Positions 38,265-47,510 of a DNA stretch of 53,758 nucleotides are shown piece by piece (positions within the stretch are counted from its first letter, which is position 1; each line of letters opens with the position of its first letter). Source of the stretch: Candidatus Bathyarchaeota archaeon (lineage in GTDB: Archaea; Thermoproteota; Bathyarchaeia; Bathyarchaeales; DTEX01); contig PIYB01000001.1 of the NCBI GenBank assembly GCA_003601835.1, forward strand, positions 1 to 53,758. The letters run 5' to 3'. The notes under the pieces are model-generated. The model had not been told where the DNA came from. It did no database searches and worked only from the letters and a program-made list of their open reading frames with translations. Position numbers and translations under genes: made by a program.

Positions 38265-39299
38265 CTATTCTAGACCGGAGCGGTTGAACGGACAGACCTT
38301 TATGCACGTCGAGCAGCTTGCGCCGTTCTTACGCCAGAACATGAAACACTTCTCAACGTTAACGTACCATTTTAAAGCCCCGGGATTGTTAGACCGGCAT
38401 GCAATCTCGTAGCTGGGTTTCTCGGATGTGGAGATGGCTCCCACCTCGCAAGCTTCGGCGCAAAGCTTACATTTTTCACAGAACTCCTTTATCCCAAACT
38501 CGATAGGCTTGTCCGTTTCCAACGGGAGATCCGTAAAAACTTTGCAGAGCCTGACTCTTGGACCAAACTCAGATGCTATCAAGAGACCGTTTCTGCCTAG
38601 TTCTCCAAGTCCGGCGTCAATGGCGAGAGGAATACTTAAAGCCGTGTCGTTTCCGCACGGCATCGCTTCGTAGCCTAAGTTACGGATGAACTGTCATATG
38701 CATGTTAGAACAAAATCCATCTTCGAATATCCTACGCCTGTAACGGCAGAGGCAAGAGGACTGGGAGACGTGGCGATGGCATCGGCATCCATCTCGATCG
38801 CCATCACGATTACGTTTTCTAAATTGTCGGGAACATAGGCATCTGCGTAAACCCAGTTCTTATTGAGCTTAGTTACGCCCACCAACGAAGCGCCGAACAG
38901 TCTAGCCGCATATTTAAGGCGTTGGCTCATCTCATGCAGGTCATCAACCTTGATTCTCTTCGCATGCCAGTTTTCCTCAGCTAAACATAAACAGTTTCTT
39001 GGAACGTCACGGGAGAACGGTTCTAGTCTGTTCCGCCGGTAACCTCGTCTAAGAACGCGTTGAACCGCGCGGGAGGCGTGTGCTAGGGCGAAGTCAATCG
39101 GTGAATATTCGGTTTTTGTGTCTCTTCCTGTACCGCGTTTCTCGGTGATGTGTTTCTTCCAAAAACCGTCCCATGATGGGTCCCATCTTATTCTTCCGAA
39201 GATTGTGTTTTTGCTGTTAAACCTTTGAAGTTTAGATGGGTCAATGACGTATGGCGGTTTATCAACGGTCTTAACTTTAAACCGAGGTCTATGTGTCAT
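38265..39299 (-). pseudogene. Reductive dehalogenase (RdhA)/QueG-like corrinoid Fe-S protein with in-frame TGA at 38696-38694
   Basis: The two track ORFs join in one frame: ...YSKMDFVLTCI*QFIRNLGYEAMPCGNDTALSIPLAIDAGLGELGRNGLLI..EFGPRVRLCKVFTDLPL, FCEKCKLCAEAC, C...W...CSTCIKVCPFN. Confidence 0.85.
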
Positions 39300-39448
39300 C
39301 TTTGTTTCCGTTCCTTTTTTACGCCGTGTTCTTTGTTCCTTTTTTCATTAAACGGTTTCCGCTGTTACCGGTGTTCTGGGTAACCTGCATCTACGTTTCA
39401 AGGGTAGCTCTGTTGTTGTATAGAAAGCAAAAATAAGTGTACTTAAAG

Positions 39449-39464
39449 AACGTGAATTCACGTT
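39449..39464. promoter_or_regulatory. Perfect 16-bp palindrome in a divergent promoter region
   Basis: AACGTGAATTCACGTT between the rdhA-like gene and UPF0147, next to TTTAAG/TTATAT elements. Confidence 0.45.
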
Positions 39465-39552
39465 TAAGCTTATATCTCTGTTTCTTGTTTTATAGGATAA
39501 CAGGACACGCTTTCTGCGTGTCGGATGCTTATTGGGTCAGAGGGGATTAAGA

Positions 39553-39831
39553 ATGGTTAGTAAGAAGAAACTGAAGGAATACGAAGAAAGAATAAAACAG
39601 GCTATGTTCATTCTCGGTCAAGTTTCAGAAGACACAACTACTCCACGAAACATTAGGAGAGCCGCCAAAAACTCGATGGATACGCTTCAGTCAGAGGATT
39701 ACACATTAGGCGTAAGGGCGTCCAACGCAATTTCCATCCTTGACGAGATCCTACAGGATCCAAACATGCCGCCTTACACCCGTGTTAAACTTTGGAACGT
39801 AATGAGCCTTCTTGAAGCGATAAAAGACTAG
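39553..39831 (+). CDS. UPF0147 family protein
   Basis: DTTTPRNIRRAA, VRASNAISILDEI..DPNMP.YTRV.LWN. Confidence 0.92.
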   Translation: MVSKKKLKEYEERIKQAMFILGQVSEDTTTPRNIRRAAKNSMDTLQSEDYTLGVRASNAISILDEILQDPNMPPYTRVKLWNVMSLLEAIKD

Positions 39832-39957
39832 CCCGCGAAACCCGTATATCCAGGTCTCCTGCACAAGCATTTTTTCTTTGAATCATCATCCCTCAATGTA
39901 AACGCTTTATAACAGGCAGCAAGCAAGATGTTACTGCGGAACAAAGCAGAAGGATAA

Positions 39958-40973
39958 GTGATTTGCGTGCCTAAGGAACTTGTCGCTGTAGCTCCTGGAG
40001 AAGTAGCTATAAGAGAATATGAAGAGCCTCTTTTGGCGCCGAATCAGGTTCGTATAAAAAGCGAGTTGTCTGCGGAGAAACATGGCACCACGATGTCCAT
40101 TTACAGGGGAATCTCTCCTCTTTCAGACAAAAGGTATGACTCGGAGCTAGGTTTGTTCCTTCCTAAAAGTCATGCTGGAGGCTGGACAGCTTCGTTTCCG
40201 ATGAAGTTGGGGAACATCACTGTTGGAACGGTGACAGAGTTTACGGTTATCTGCCGATTAGAGAGACCCATACGGTTAACGAGGAAGCCGTTAATCTTGC
40301 GCCGGAAACATTAAGCAATGAGAACCTTGTTTGCATTGATCCAGCTGTGGTTGCGCTTATGGGCGTCCGTGAAGGACATGTAAGGGTCGGGGACACCGTG
40401 GCCGTGTTCGGGTTGGGGGCAATCGGGCTTATGGCTGTTAGGCTAGCGAAAATTTCAGGTGCGTTGAAGATTGTAGGGGTTGAGCCGTTCGAAAGAAGGA
40501 GGCGGCTTGCTGAAACGTATGGGGCTGATGTGACTTTAGACCCGTTTGAGAGCGATGTTGGGTTGCAGATCAAGGAGATCACGGAAGGCAAAGGTGTGGA
40601 CATCTCCATAGAGGCAAGCGGGTCGTACAGCGCTTTACATCAAGCGATTAGATCGACGAGGTATGGTGGTACAATTGTTCCGGTCTCATGGTACCACGGT
40701 GAAGCCAAAGGTTTGAATCTAGGTGAGGAGTGGCATTTCAACCGTCAAATCATGGTGTCCGGGGCCCGTGTAGAAAGCGAACCGTACCGGGATTATCCTC
40801 TTTGGAACAGAAAGCGCATCTACAGGACCGTTATAGAGCTGTTTAAACGGAGACTGCTGACAAGCGAGGGGATGCTGTGTCCCATTGTTCCATTCGAAAA
40901 GGTTGTTGAAGCTTACAATATGCTTGTGGAGAAACCTGAAGAAACCGTTAAATTAGGTGTCACGTACGTATAA
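39958..40973 (+). pseudogene. Zinc-binding alcohol dehydrogenase family gene disrupted by a frameshifting internal deletion at ~40230-40240
   Basis: N-part (SAEKHGT...LGNITVGTVTE) switches frame to GDRVYGYLPIRETH...GLGAIGL...GVDISIEASG; the usual VG...FKV linker is missing. Confidence 0.85.
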
Positions 40974-41015
40974 GCTGCCGGGGAAAAACGGCGGTCAAGC
41001 AGGTGTGTTGAACAG

Positions 41016-42071
41016 TTGCCGTTACGTGAAGCTATGCTTTACGAACGTCTTCCGGGTAATCGTGTGAGATGTAACCTCTGTGGACGGCGATGTTTGATCC
41101 CTGAAGGCGGCTATGGATTCTGCCGTGTTAGAAAAAACCAGTCGGGCAAGCTTTATTCTCTTAACTATGCTAAGGCTTGTGCAGCTCACGCTGATCCTAT
41201 TGGTAAAAAGCCTCTGGTGCATTTTCATCCTGGCGCTTTAGTTATGTCCATAGCAACCGTTGGATGCAATTTTCGCTGTCGGTTCTGCGATAACTGGTCG
41301 ATAAGTCAGGAAACGGATATTCGCGGCACATATTTTCCTCCGGAAACGGTTGTCAAAGCAGCTCGGGAACATGAATGCCAAGGCATCAGCTACACGTACA
41401 CGGAGCCAACGGTTTTCTTTGAGTACGCTTACGACACAGCTGTTTTGGCTCACAAACAAGGGTTGTTCAACACTTTTGTGACTAACGGGTACATGACGCC
41501 TGAAGCCGTCAGAACTATTGCTCCATACTTGGACGCGGCGACGGTTGACTTCAAAGGCGGCGGCGACCCTGAGTTTTACAAGAGATTCTCTTCTGTTCCT
41601 TCCGTTAACCCGATTTACGAGTCTCTTAAAGAGATGAAGCGGCAAAACATCCACGTTGAGGTTACGAACCTTATTGTGCCGAAGATAGGTGACTCGATGG
41701 ACGGGATTGTTGAGCTCGCAACGTGGATCCGTGAGAACCTAGGTGCCGACACGCCTTTTCACCTTTTGAGGTTTCATCCAGATTACAAGCTCAACAACAT
41801 CAGCTCAACCGAGATCAGGACTCTTGAGGAAGCATACGAGGCTGCAACCGAATCCGGTTTGAACTATGTTTATCTGGGAAATGTTCCGGGTCACCGGTAT
41901 GAAAACACGTACTGTCCCGAATGCGGGGAGCGGCTCATCGAAAGATACGGGTTCAGCATCGTCAAATGGAGGTTAACCGAGGACATGAAGTGCCCAAGCT
42001 GCGGGAAAAAGATTCCCATCGTAGGCAAGTTTCACAAGGAAGGTTTCTCGTTTCCGTATTCTCTGCTCTGA
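41016..42071 (+). CDS. amrS: AmmeMemoRadiSam system radical SAM enzyme
   Basis: CNLCGRRC.I..G..GFCRVR.N, DPIGKKPL.HFHPG, GCNFRCRFCDNW, YTYTEP, RFHPDYK, YVYLGNVPG, TYCPECG. Confidence 0.92.
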   Translation: MPLREAMLYERLPGNRVRCNLCGRRCLIPEGGYGFCRVRKNQSGKLYSLNYAKACAAHADPIGKKPLVHFHPGALVMSIATVGCNFRCRFCDNWSISQETDIRGTYFPPETVVKAAREHECQGISYTYTEPTVFFEYAYDTAVLAHKQGLFNTFVTNGYMTPEAVRTIAPYLDAATVDFKGGGDPEFYKRFSSVPSVNPIYESLKEMKRQNIHVEVTNLIVPKIGDSMDGIVELATWIRENLGADTPFHLLRFHPDYKLNNISSTEIRTLEEAYEAATESGLNYVYLGNVPGHRYENTYCPECGERLIERYGFSIVKWRLTEDMKCPSCGKKIPIVGKFHKEGFSFPYSLL

Positions 42072-42180
42072 TCGTTCAATGGAACACGAGTTTACATCCT
42101 TTCTTTTTTTGGGAATCAGATTAACCGTCTTACGCAGCGTTAATAAGATTGTTTTATCCTCACTTGTCTATAGAAGATCA

Positions 42181-43272
42181 ATGTGGCGCATTATTAGGAG
42201 AGACGCAGCAACAGTCCTGAACGACGAGAAGGCGCGGCGTAGTCTAGCCAGATATTTTGCGGTTATGCAGGATGAGAAGCCAGCCAAATACGTGATTGCC
42301 AAGAAGATTCCAGCGGATTTTGATGAAAACGATTCCGTTCAGAAACTATGGGACATTCATGAAAACCTTCTGGCAGAATTCTTTCGTCTGCAGCAGGATG
42401 TGGACAGCCGGAAAGAAGATTTGGATGCGATGGGAAAACCTGAAAAGTCGTTTCTCGACTTGAAAGCAGAAATAGCAACCCGAATCCTCGAAAGCTGTCA
42501 TTTCTGCACGAGACGTTGCGGGGTCAACCGGTTAGGCGGGAACCTTGGCTACTGCAAATGTGGCTCAGAGATCACGGTTTCTTCCATGTTTGAGCATTTA
42601 GGTGAGGAGCCTGAGCTGGTTCCTTCCGGTACAATCTTCACCATGGGCTGCACGATTCGTTGCCTTCACTGTCAGAACTGGACTATATCCCAATGGTTTG
42701 AGAACGGAGAAACATATTCGCCTCGCAGGTTGGCGTTGGCAGTCGAACGGTTACGAAGAAACGGGTGTAGAAACGCCAATCTTGTCGGCGGGGAACCTAC
42801 ACCTTGGCTTCAACAATGGCTGCAGACGTTTAAACATGTAAACGTCAATGTGCCGGTTGTTTGGAACTCTAATTCCTACTACAGCGAAGAGACGGCTACC
42901 CTTCTCGCCGGCTTCGTTGATGTGTATCTTTTGGACTTCAAGTACGGGTCTAACGAGTGTGCGGAAAGGATTTCTGACGCGCCGAACTATTGGGAGGTGT
43001 GCACGAGGAACCATCTGTTTGCGAAAAAACACGGTGAACTCATCATCCGCGTCCTAGTTTTACCTGGGCATCTTGAGTGCTGCACGAAGGTTATTCTGAA
43101 CTGGATTGCTGAAAACCTAGGTAGAGACACGAGGGTTAACATAATGTTTCAGTACCGACCTGAATGGAGGGCTTATGAGGTTCCTGAGCTTAGAAGAAGA
43201 TTAACCGGCGCCGAGAGGAGAAGAGCCTTAGAGCTCGCAAAAGAGGCGGGTCTAGCAAACTTCATAACGTAG
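42181..43272 (+). CDS. PflX-like (COG1313) radical SAM protein
   Basis: CHFCTRRCGVNR...GYC, HLGEEPELVPSGTIF.MGCTIRCLHCQNW, NLVGGEPTP, WNSNSY, RVLVLPGH, NIMFQYRP; ATG at 42181. Confidence 0.9.
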   Translation: MWRIIRRDAATVLNDEKARRSLARYFAVMQDEKPAKYVIAKKIPADFDENDSVQKLWDIHENLLAEFFRLQQDVDSRKEDLDAMGKPEKSFLDLKAEIATRILESCHFCTRRCGVNRLGGNLGYCKCGSEITVSSMFEHLGEEPELVPSGTIFTMGCTIRCLHCQNWTISQWFENGETYSPRRLALAVERLRRNGCRNANLVGGEPTPWLQQWLQTFKHVNVNVPVVWNSNSYYSEETATLLAGFVDVYLLDFKYGSNECAERISDAPNYWEVCTRNHLFAKKHGELIIRVLVLPGHLECCTKVILNWIAENLGRDTRVNIMFQYRPEWRAYEVPELRRRLTGAERRRALELAKEAGLANFIT

Positions 43273-43283
43273 CTTCTTATATA

Positions 43284-44122
43284 TTGTCGTCTGATAAGCT
43301 CCAGAACAAATTAGGCGGGTTCACTGATTCGCTGGAAACCAGGGTTAGAGATGTTTTAGAACTGGGTTTTGAGGCTAAAACGGAACACGGTAACCCTTTC
43401 GTTGACGTAGTATTTGACTGCAAGTTCACCGCCCCTTCGGGAAAAGAATGGGTGGCTCCCGGATTTTATGATGGGCAAGGAACGTGGAAGGTAAGGTTTT
43501 CTCCAAATGAGGGGGGACGCTGGACCTACGAAACCGTCACCAATGTTGAGGATTCAGGTCTCAGAGCAAAAGGCGAGTTCGATGTTTCTGAACCGGACAA
43601 ACCGGTTAGAGGGTTCCTTAAAACTTGCCCGGGTAAATATTGGGGTTTAGAATACGAGTCAGGCTTCAGGTCAGTCCGTACCATCCTCCTGAAGGATACA
43701 ACGACTGGCAAACCCGGTCAACCTGGCCGTGGCAAGGGTCTCCGCAAAAACCAAATTTTGACGGATTCAACCTTGAATATTTCCGCACTGTGGACAAGGT
43801 TGTGCGTTTAGCCTCAGACCTAGGCATCGGGTTTGAGATGATAATGGAGGCGTGGGGGTTTGAATACCCCTTCAATCAACGGGATGTTTTTCTGCCCGAG
43901 TATGAGGAGCTGTGGATGAGGTATCTTGTCACCGGATATGACGCCTTCACCAGCGTCTATATATGGACGTTGATGAACGAGTACGAATACTATCCGGACG
44001 GTGACTGGCGCTACAATCGGGCAGCCGTCCTTTGGACAATAAATGTTCACACCTTCCGAAGCCGCTACGAGTTTCATCTTTTCTTTAAGCATAACAATCT
44101 AAAAGGCGAACATCGAAATTGA
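43284..44122 (+). pseudogene. DUF5060/apiosidase-like (DUF4038) glycoside hydrolase remnant
   Basis: NPFVDV...FTAPSG.....PGFYDG..TWKVRFSPNE.G.W N-domain, frame switch at ~43655 to RLQVSPYHPP..WPW.GS...PNFD.FN..YF...D...WTLMNEYE, then truncated near 44040. Confidence 0.75.
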
Positions 44123-44246
44123 TCTCTTTCCATTTTCAAGAACTTCAGTGTTGTTCACATACCTTCTCTAAGAGTCACCGAGAACCTTTCATACACGGGG
44201 ACACAAGAAATAAAATTGTAATCTCGTATTGTAAATACAGATTGAT

Positions 44247-44531
44247 ATGACGAGGAAACGGTCCAGACTAGAGATCTACCTTGACATTCTCCGAACAGTG
44301 AAATCAGGGGTTAACAGGCCTACCAACATAATGTACAAATGCAATCTCGCGTGGAAACCCTTCAAAAGAATCCTCAGCGCACTTGTAGACAACGGGCTAA
44401 TAATGAAGATAGAGAAGGGAAACAGGAAGATCTATGAACTTACCGATAAAGGACAGTTCATGCTGAAATATTTCGAAACAGCGGAAGCTATACTCGTGGA
44501 CCTCAGAGAACCAAACGAAGTATTCAGCTAA
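44247..44531 (+). CDS. Winged-helix transcription regulator (archaeal ArnR1-like/HTH_45 type)
   Basis: KRSRLEIYLDIL....G...PTNIMYKCNL......IL..L...GLI....YELTDKG. Confidence 0.88.
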   Translation: MTRKRSRLEIYLDILRTVKSGVNRPTNIMYKCNLAWKPFKRILSALVDNGLIMKIEKGNRKIYELTDKGQFMLKYFETAEAILVDLREPNEVFS

Positions 44532-44571
44532 CAAGCCAACCTTTTTTTGAGAACCCGCATCGTCGCCAGTC

Positions 44572-45390
44572 TTAAACCGTGGCGAAAACGGGAAAAACCT
44601 GAAGAACCAGCCACGATATGAAGTCTCCAACAAAAAGAGCGGCAACAAATCCAAGGGTGATGAAAATCAAGAACGGCAAACCAGGTGTCACCCATACTTT
44701 TCCGTCTACCTCGTTAAGGAGTTCCTCAAACCGTTCTTCGTCTTCTTCGCTGCTTTCTTCTTCCAAAGCAGGAAATAGCCTCAGCCGGCGGGCTGCCTCT
44801 CCGTCTTCGTCTCTTGAAAACTGTTCCAACAGCATGTAATGAGACCCGTCTTTTAGCTTTTGTGAGCTAACTTTGAAACCGGTTGCGAACGCCAAAATCT
44901 TGCTCCAAACCGGCTCGTTTTCAAGCCCCTCAAACAATCTTCCGTTCTCTTTTATTAACTGAATCGTGTTATAACCTGCAATCCCCAGCACCAATAGTGA
45001 AGCCGCCAAAACAGCGTTACCCAACACTGCTAACGGGAAAAAAGGAACCCGCCCAGCGAGGTAGCCACTGACAATAGACGGGTAAATGGGCAGCGCCAAA
45101 CCTAGACAGATCAAGGCTTTCGCATCGGCGCCTCCGAAGAAGCCTGCATAGAAAAGAATCAGGGAGATGGCTGTTGTGATGCCGATGGAGATCAGCCATG
45201 CGTAAGGGATCAGCCCGTAGCCGACGGAGCTGTCAACATAAAACTGAAGCAACGTGAGGGCCACAGCCGTCGGAGCATAGGCTGCCCATACTTTGTTTGG
45301 GACTTCTCGCGTCTTGAAGTCGTACCATGAGCTGAGACCTAGGAAGAAAAAGGTTATCAAAACTCTTGAAACTTCAAGCAGCTCATTCAT
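44572..45390 (-). CDS. Class III signal (prepilin/prearchaellin) peptidase, A24 family
   Basis: SWYDFKTREVPN, FGGADAKAL, C-terminal VWVTPGLPFLIFIT.G; divergent from the pilin genes. Confidence 0.92.
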   Translation of the reverse strand: MNELLEVSRVLITFFFLGLSSWYDFKTREVPNKVWAAYAPTAVALTLLQFYVDSSVGYGLIPYAWLISIGITTAISLILFYAGFFGGADAKALICLGLALPIYPSIVSGYLAGRVPFFPLAVLGNAVLAASLLVLGIAGYNTIQLIKENGRLFEGLENEPVWSKILAFATGFKVSSQKLKDGSHYMLLEQFSRDEDGEAARRLRLFPALEEESSEEDEERFEELLNEVDGKVWVTPGLPFLIFITLGFVAALFVGDFISWLVLQVFPVFATV

Positions 45391-45634
45391 TCCTTACACC
45401 CAGACAACGATGTTGTTAAGACCGTTCGAGACGAGTTCGCACAACCTCTAAGAATAGTCTGGAGCTAAATATCTCGTTTATGGACCTAGAAACCATCGCT
45501 GAAAACAGTTGCGTCCTTCATTTTTTCTATTTTTCTGTGATATATACTGAAAAGCCAGACTATGTCTTCATAACCCATTTATCAATCGTAACCTCACACA
45601 CTTGCTTAAAGGTGATAAAGCAGTGACGAAAAGC

Positions 45635-46117
45635 ATGTTAAGGAACAAGAGGGCTCTGAGCCCAGTCATCGCCACGGTTATCCTGATCTCCGTTACAATC
45701 GTCGTCGCAGTCTCAGTAGCATACTGGATGGGCTCAATAGCAGGCGGATACACAAGCTTCGAACAAATAGAACTACCAACAACGTACGCGAAGGCTATTT
45801 CTTCACCGTTCACTGGATGGAATGTGACGATTGAACTTAAGAACACGGGTTCAGCTGATGCTACAATCGACAACTTCTTCGTTAACTCGATTCCTCTCAA
45901 AGACTATACTTGCGGTGTCCGTCTATACGTTAACGGTCAGAACCAGACAGACGACATTTCATCGCTAAGCATATCGGTTACTAAAGGCGGATCAGCGACG
46001 CTTGTTCTTCAGATTGAACAGAGCAGCAGCGACGGATTCACATCAGGCACTAGAATCGACATGAAGCTCCACACTGCCGCTGGCAGGGAATATCCTGCTC
46101 AAGTGAAGCTTCCGTAG
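45635..46117 (+). CDS. Archaeal type IV pilin (probable major pilin)
   Basis: Class III signal MLRNKRA|LSPVIATVILISVTIVVAVSVAYW; LKNTGS.DATID. Confidence 0.88.
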   Translation: MLRNKRALSPVIATVILISVTIVVAVSVAYWMGSIAGGYTSFEQIELPTTYAKAISSPFTGWNVTIELKNTGSADATIDNFFVNSIPLKDYTCGVRLYVNGQNQTDDISSLSISVTKGGSATLVLQIEQSSSDGFTSGTRIDMKLHTAAGREYPAQVKLP

Positions 46118-46167
46118 ACGGCTCGTCCCTCTTTCCCCCTCCTATTTTTCGTCCGGGTTGAGCAGAA

Positions 46168-46623
46168 ATGAGGCTACTCGGTAACAGGAAAGGTCTTGCG
46201 CCCGTTGTGGCGACGATAATCCTGTGTGGAGTAGTTCTCACGATAGGCATAAGCGTCTGGTCCTTGACGTACAGCATAAGCAGCGGTCTAGAGTTAGACT
46301 ATTATGAAAGCGTTAAACGCCAGATAGATAAGGTAAGCGAAAGGTTCACTGTTGAACACGTAGCCTACGATAATGATACTAACACTTTGCGCGTTTGGGT
46401 TTATAACTATGGAACCGTCGACATCAATGTTGACGTGTACGTTTTCTTCGGGTCAAGCATAAACGGAAGCAACACGAACGGCACTTCTATCTCTAGTGGG
46501 AACTATGTTGAGATACCGGTTTCAGTCGGAGAGCTCAACGTGGGAAGCGAGCTCGTAATTGAAGTAATCAGCAGGAGGCAAAACACTGTATACGCAACAT
46601 ACGTTGTTCAGGAATCTTCGTAA
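46168..46623 (+). CDS. Archaeal type IV pilin-like protein
   Basis: MRLLGNRKG|LAPVVATIILCGVVLTIGISVW; ERFTVEHV..VWVYNYG. Confidence 0.85.
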   Translation: MRLLGNRKGLAPVVATIILCGVVLTIGISVWSLTYSISSGLELDYYESVKRQIDKVSERFTVEHVAYDNDTNTLRVWVYNYGTVDINVDVYVFFGSSINGSNTNGTSISSGNYVEIPVSVGELNVGSELVIEVISRRQNTVYATYVVQESS

Positions 46624-47368
46624 AAAGAAATCCGGCATGGCCACAATCCTCGGTATGCTCATCTTCATAGGGATCCTTTTCACCTGTGTCCTGCCCTTTT
46701 TCCTCTACATCAACCAAGTGAACAGCCTTTACGACCAAACTGTTGTTGAGATGAAGCAGTTCGATCAGGACAGAGCCTTGGAAAAGATTGATGTCTACGC
46801 GTATCCCCTCAGCCAGACGAGCAACGAACTCAGTGTCTATGTCAAAAACCAATGTCCTCTCTCAGTGGAAATAGTCAGAATCTGGGTTGAAGACGAATGC
46901 TTTGAATATTCCCTGCAGGTTCCAGGCATGGGGCATAACACCACTGAATCCATTAACATTGGAGACCTGTTGCCTCAAACAGAAGGTGAGACTGAATCCT
47001 ACAAAGTCAAGGTCACAACTTCCAGAGGCAACACGTTCTCTTCGCTCACCAATCCTCTTCAATATTCCAACGGTTCAGGTTGGGCTGGCGGGCCGTCCTT
47101 TGCAATCAACATCGTGATTGAACTGGACAAGGGGGTCTATTTCTTTAATATTCATGTTGAGGACAGCGGGGGCACAACTGTGTACGATGAGGATGTTTGG
47201 GTAATTCTCGAAAGCGGTATAATGAGAAATGTGAATGTTGACGGACCCGACACTTACCACGTAGAGATTACCCAGACTCATGGACCCGACAAAACATGGT
47301 CCACGGATGTCGAGATCACTACGGAAGAACCAACGAAATGGGTTTATCCACCAAGGGACTACTGGTAG
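46604..47368 (+). CDS. Minor pilin-like protein
   Basis: RKKKSG|MATILGMLIFIGILFT; V.N.....VEIVRIWV...VKVTTSRGNTF. Confidence 0.8.
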   Translation: MFRNLRKKKSGMATILGMLIFIGILFTCVLPFFLYINQVNSLYDQTVVEMKQFDQDRALEKIDVYAYPLSQTSNELSVYVKNQCPLSVEIVRIWVEDECFEYSLQVPGMGHNTTESINIGDLLPQTEGETESYKVKVTTSRGNTFSSLTNPLQYSNGSGWAGGPSFAINIVIELDKGVYFFNIHVEDSGGTTVYDEDVWVILESGIMRNVNVDGPDTYHVEITQTHGPDKTWSTDVEITTEEPTKWVYPPRDYW

Positions 47369-47510
47369 TTTTTCTAAGATGAGTTTCAAGTACATAGATC
47401 ATATTCATAAGTCATTTATCAGCTGCCTTTCCAGTTTTCCGTATATGTAGTTGAAACCATAGTGGCCTCAGCGAATCGGTGAATGCAGGTTTCTCCGTAA
47501 CGAGGGATGA

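Noticed and set aside
37378-39299. Genome-wide TGA reassignment
   Set aside because: TGA terminates conserved genes at their expected lengths (flpA, aor, rpl40e, albA)
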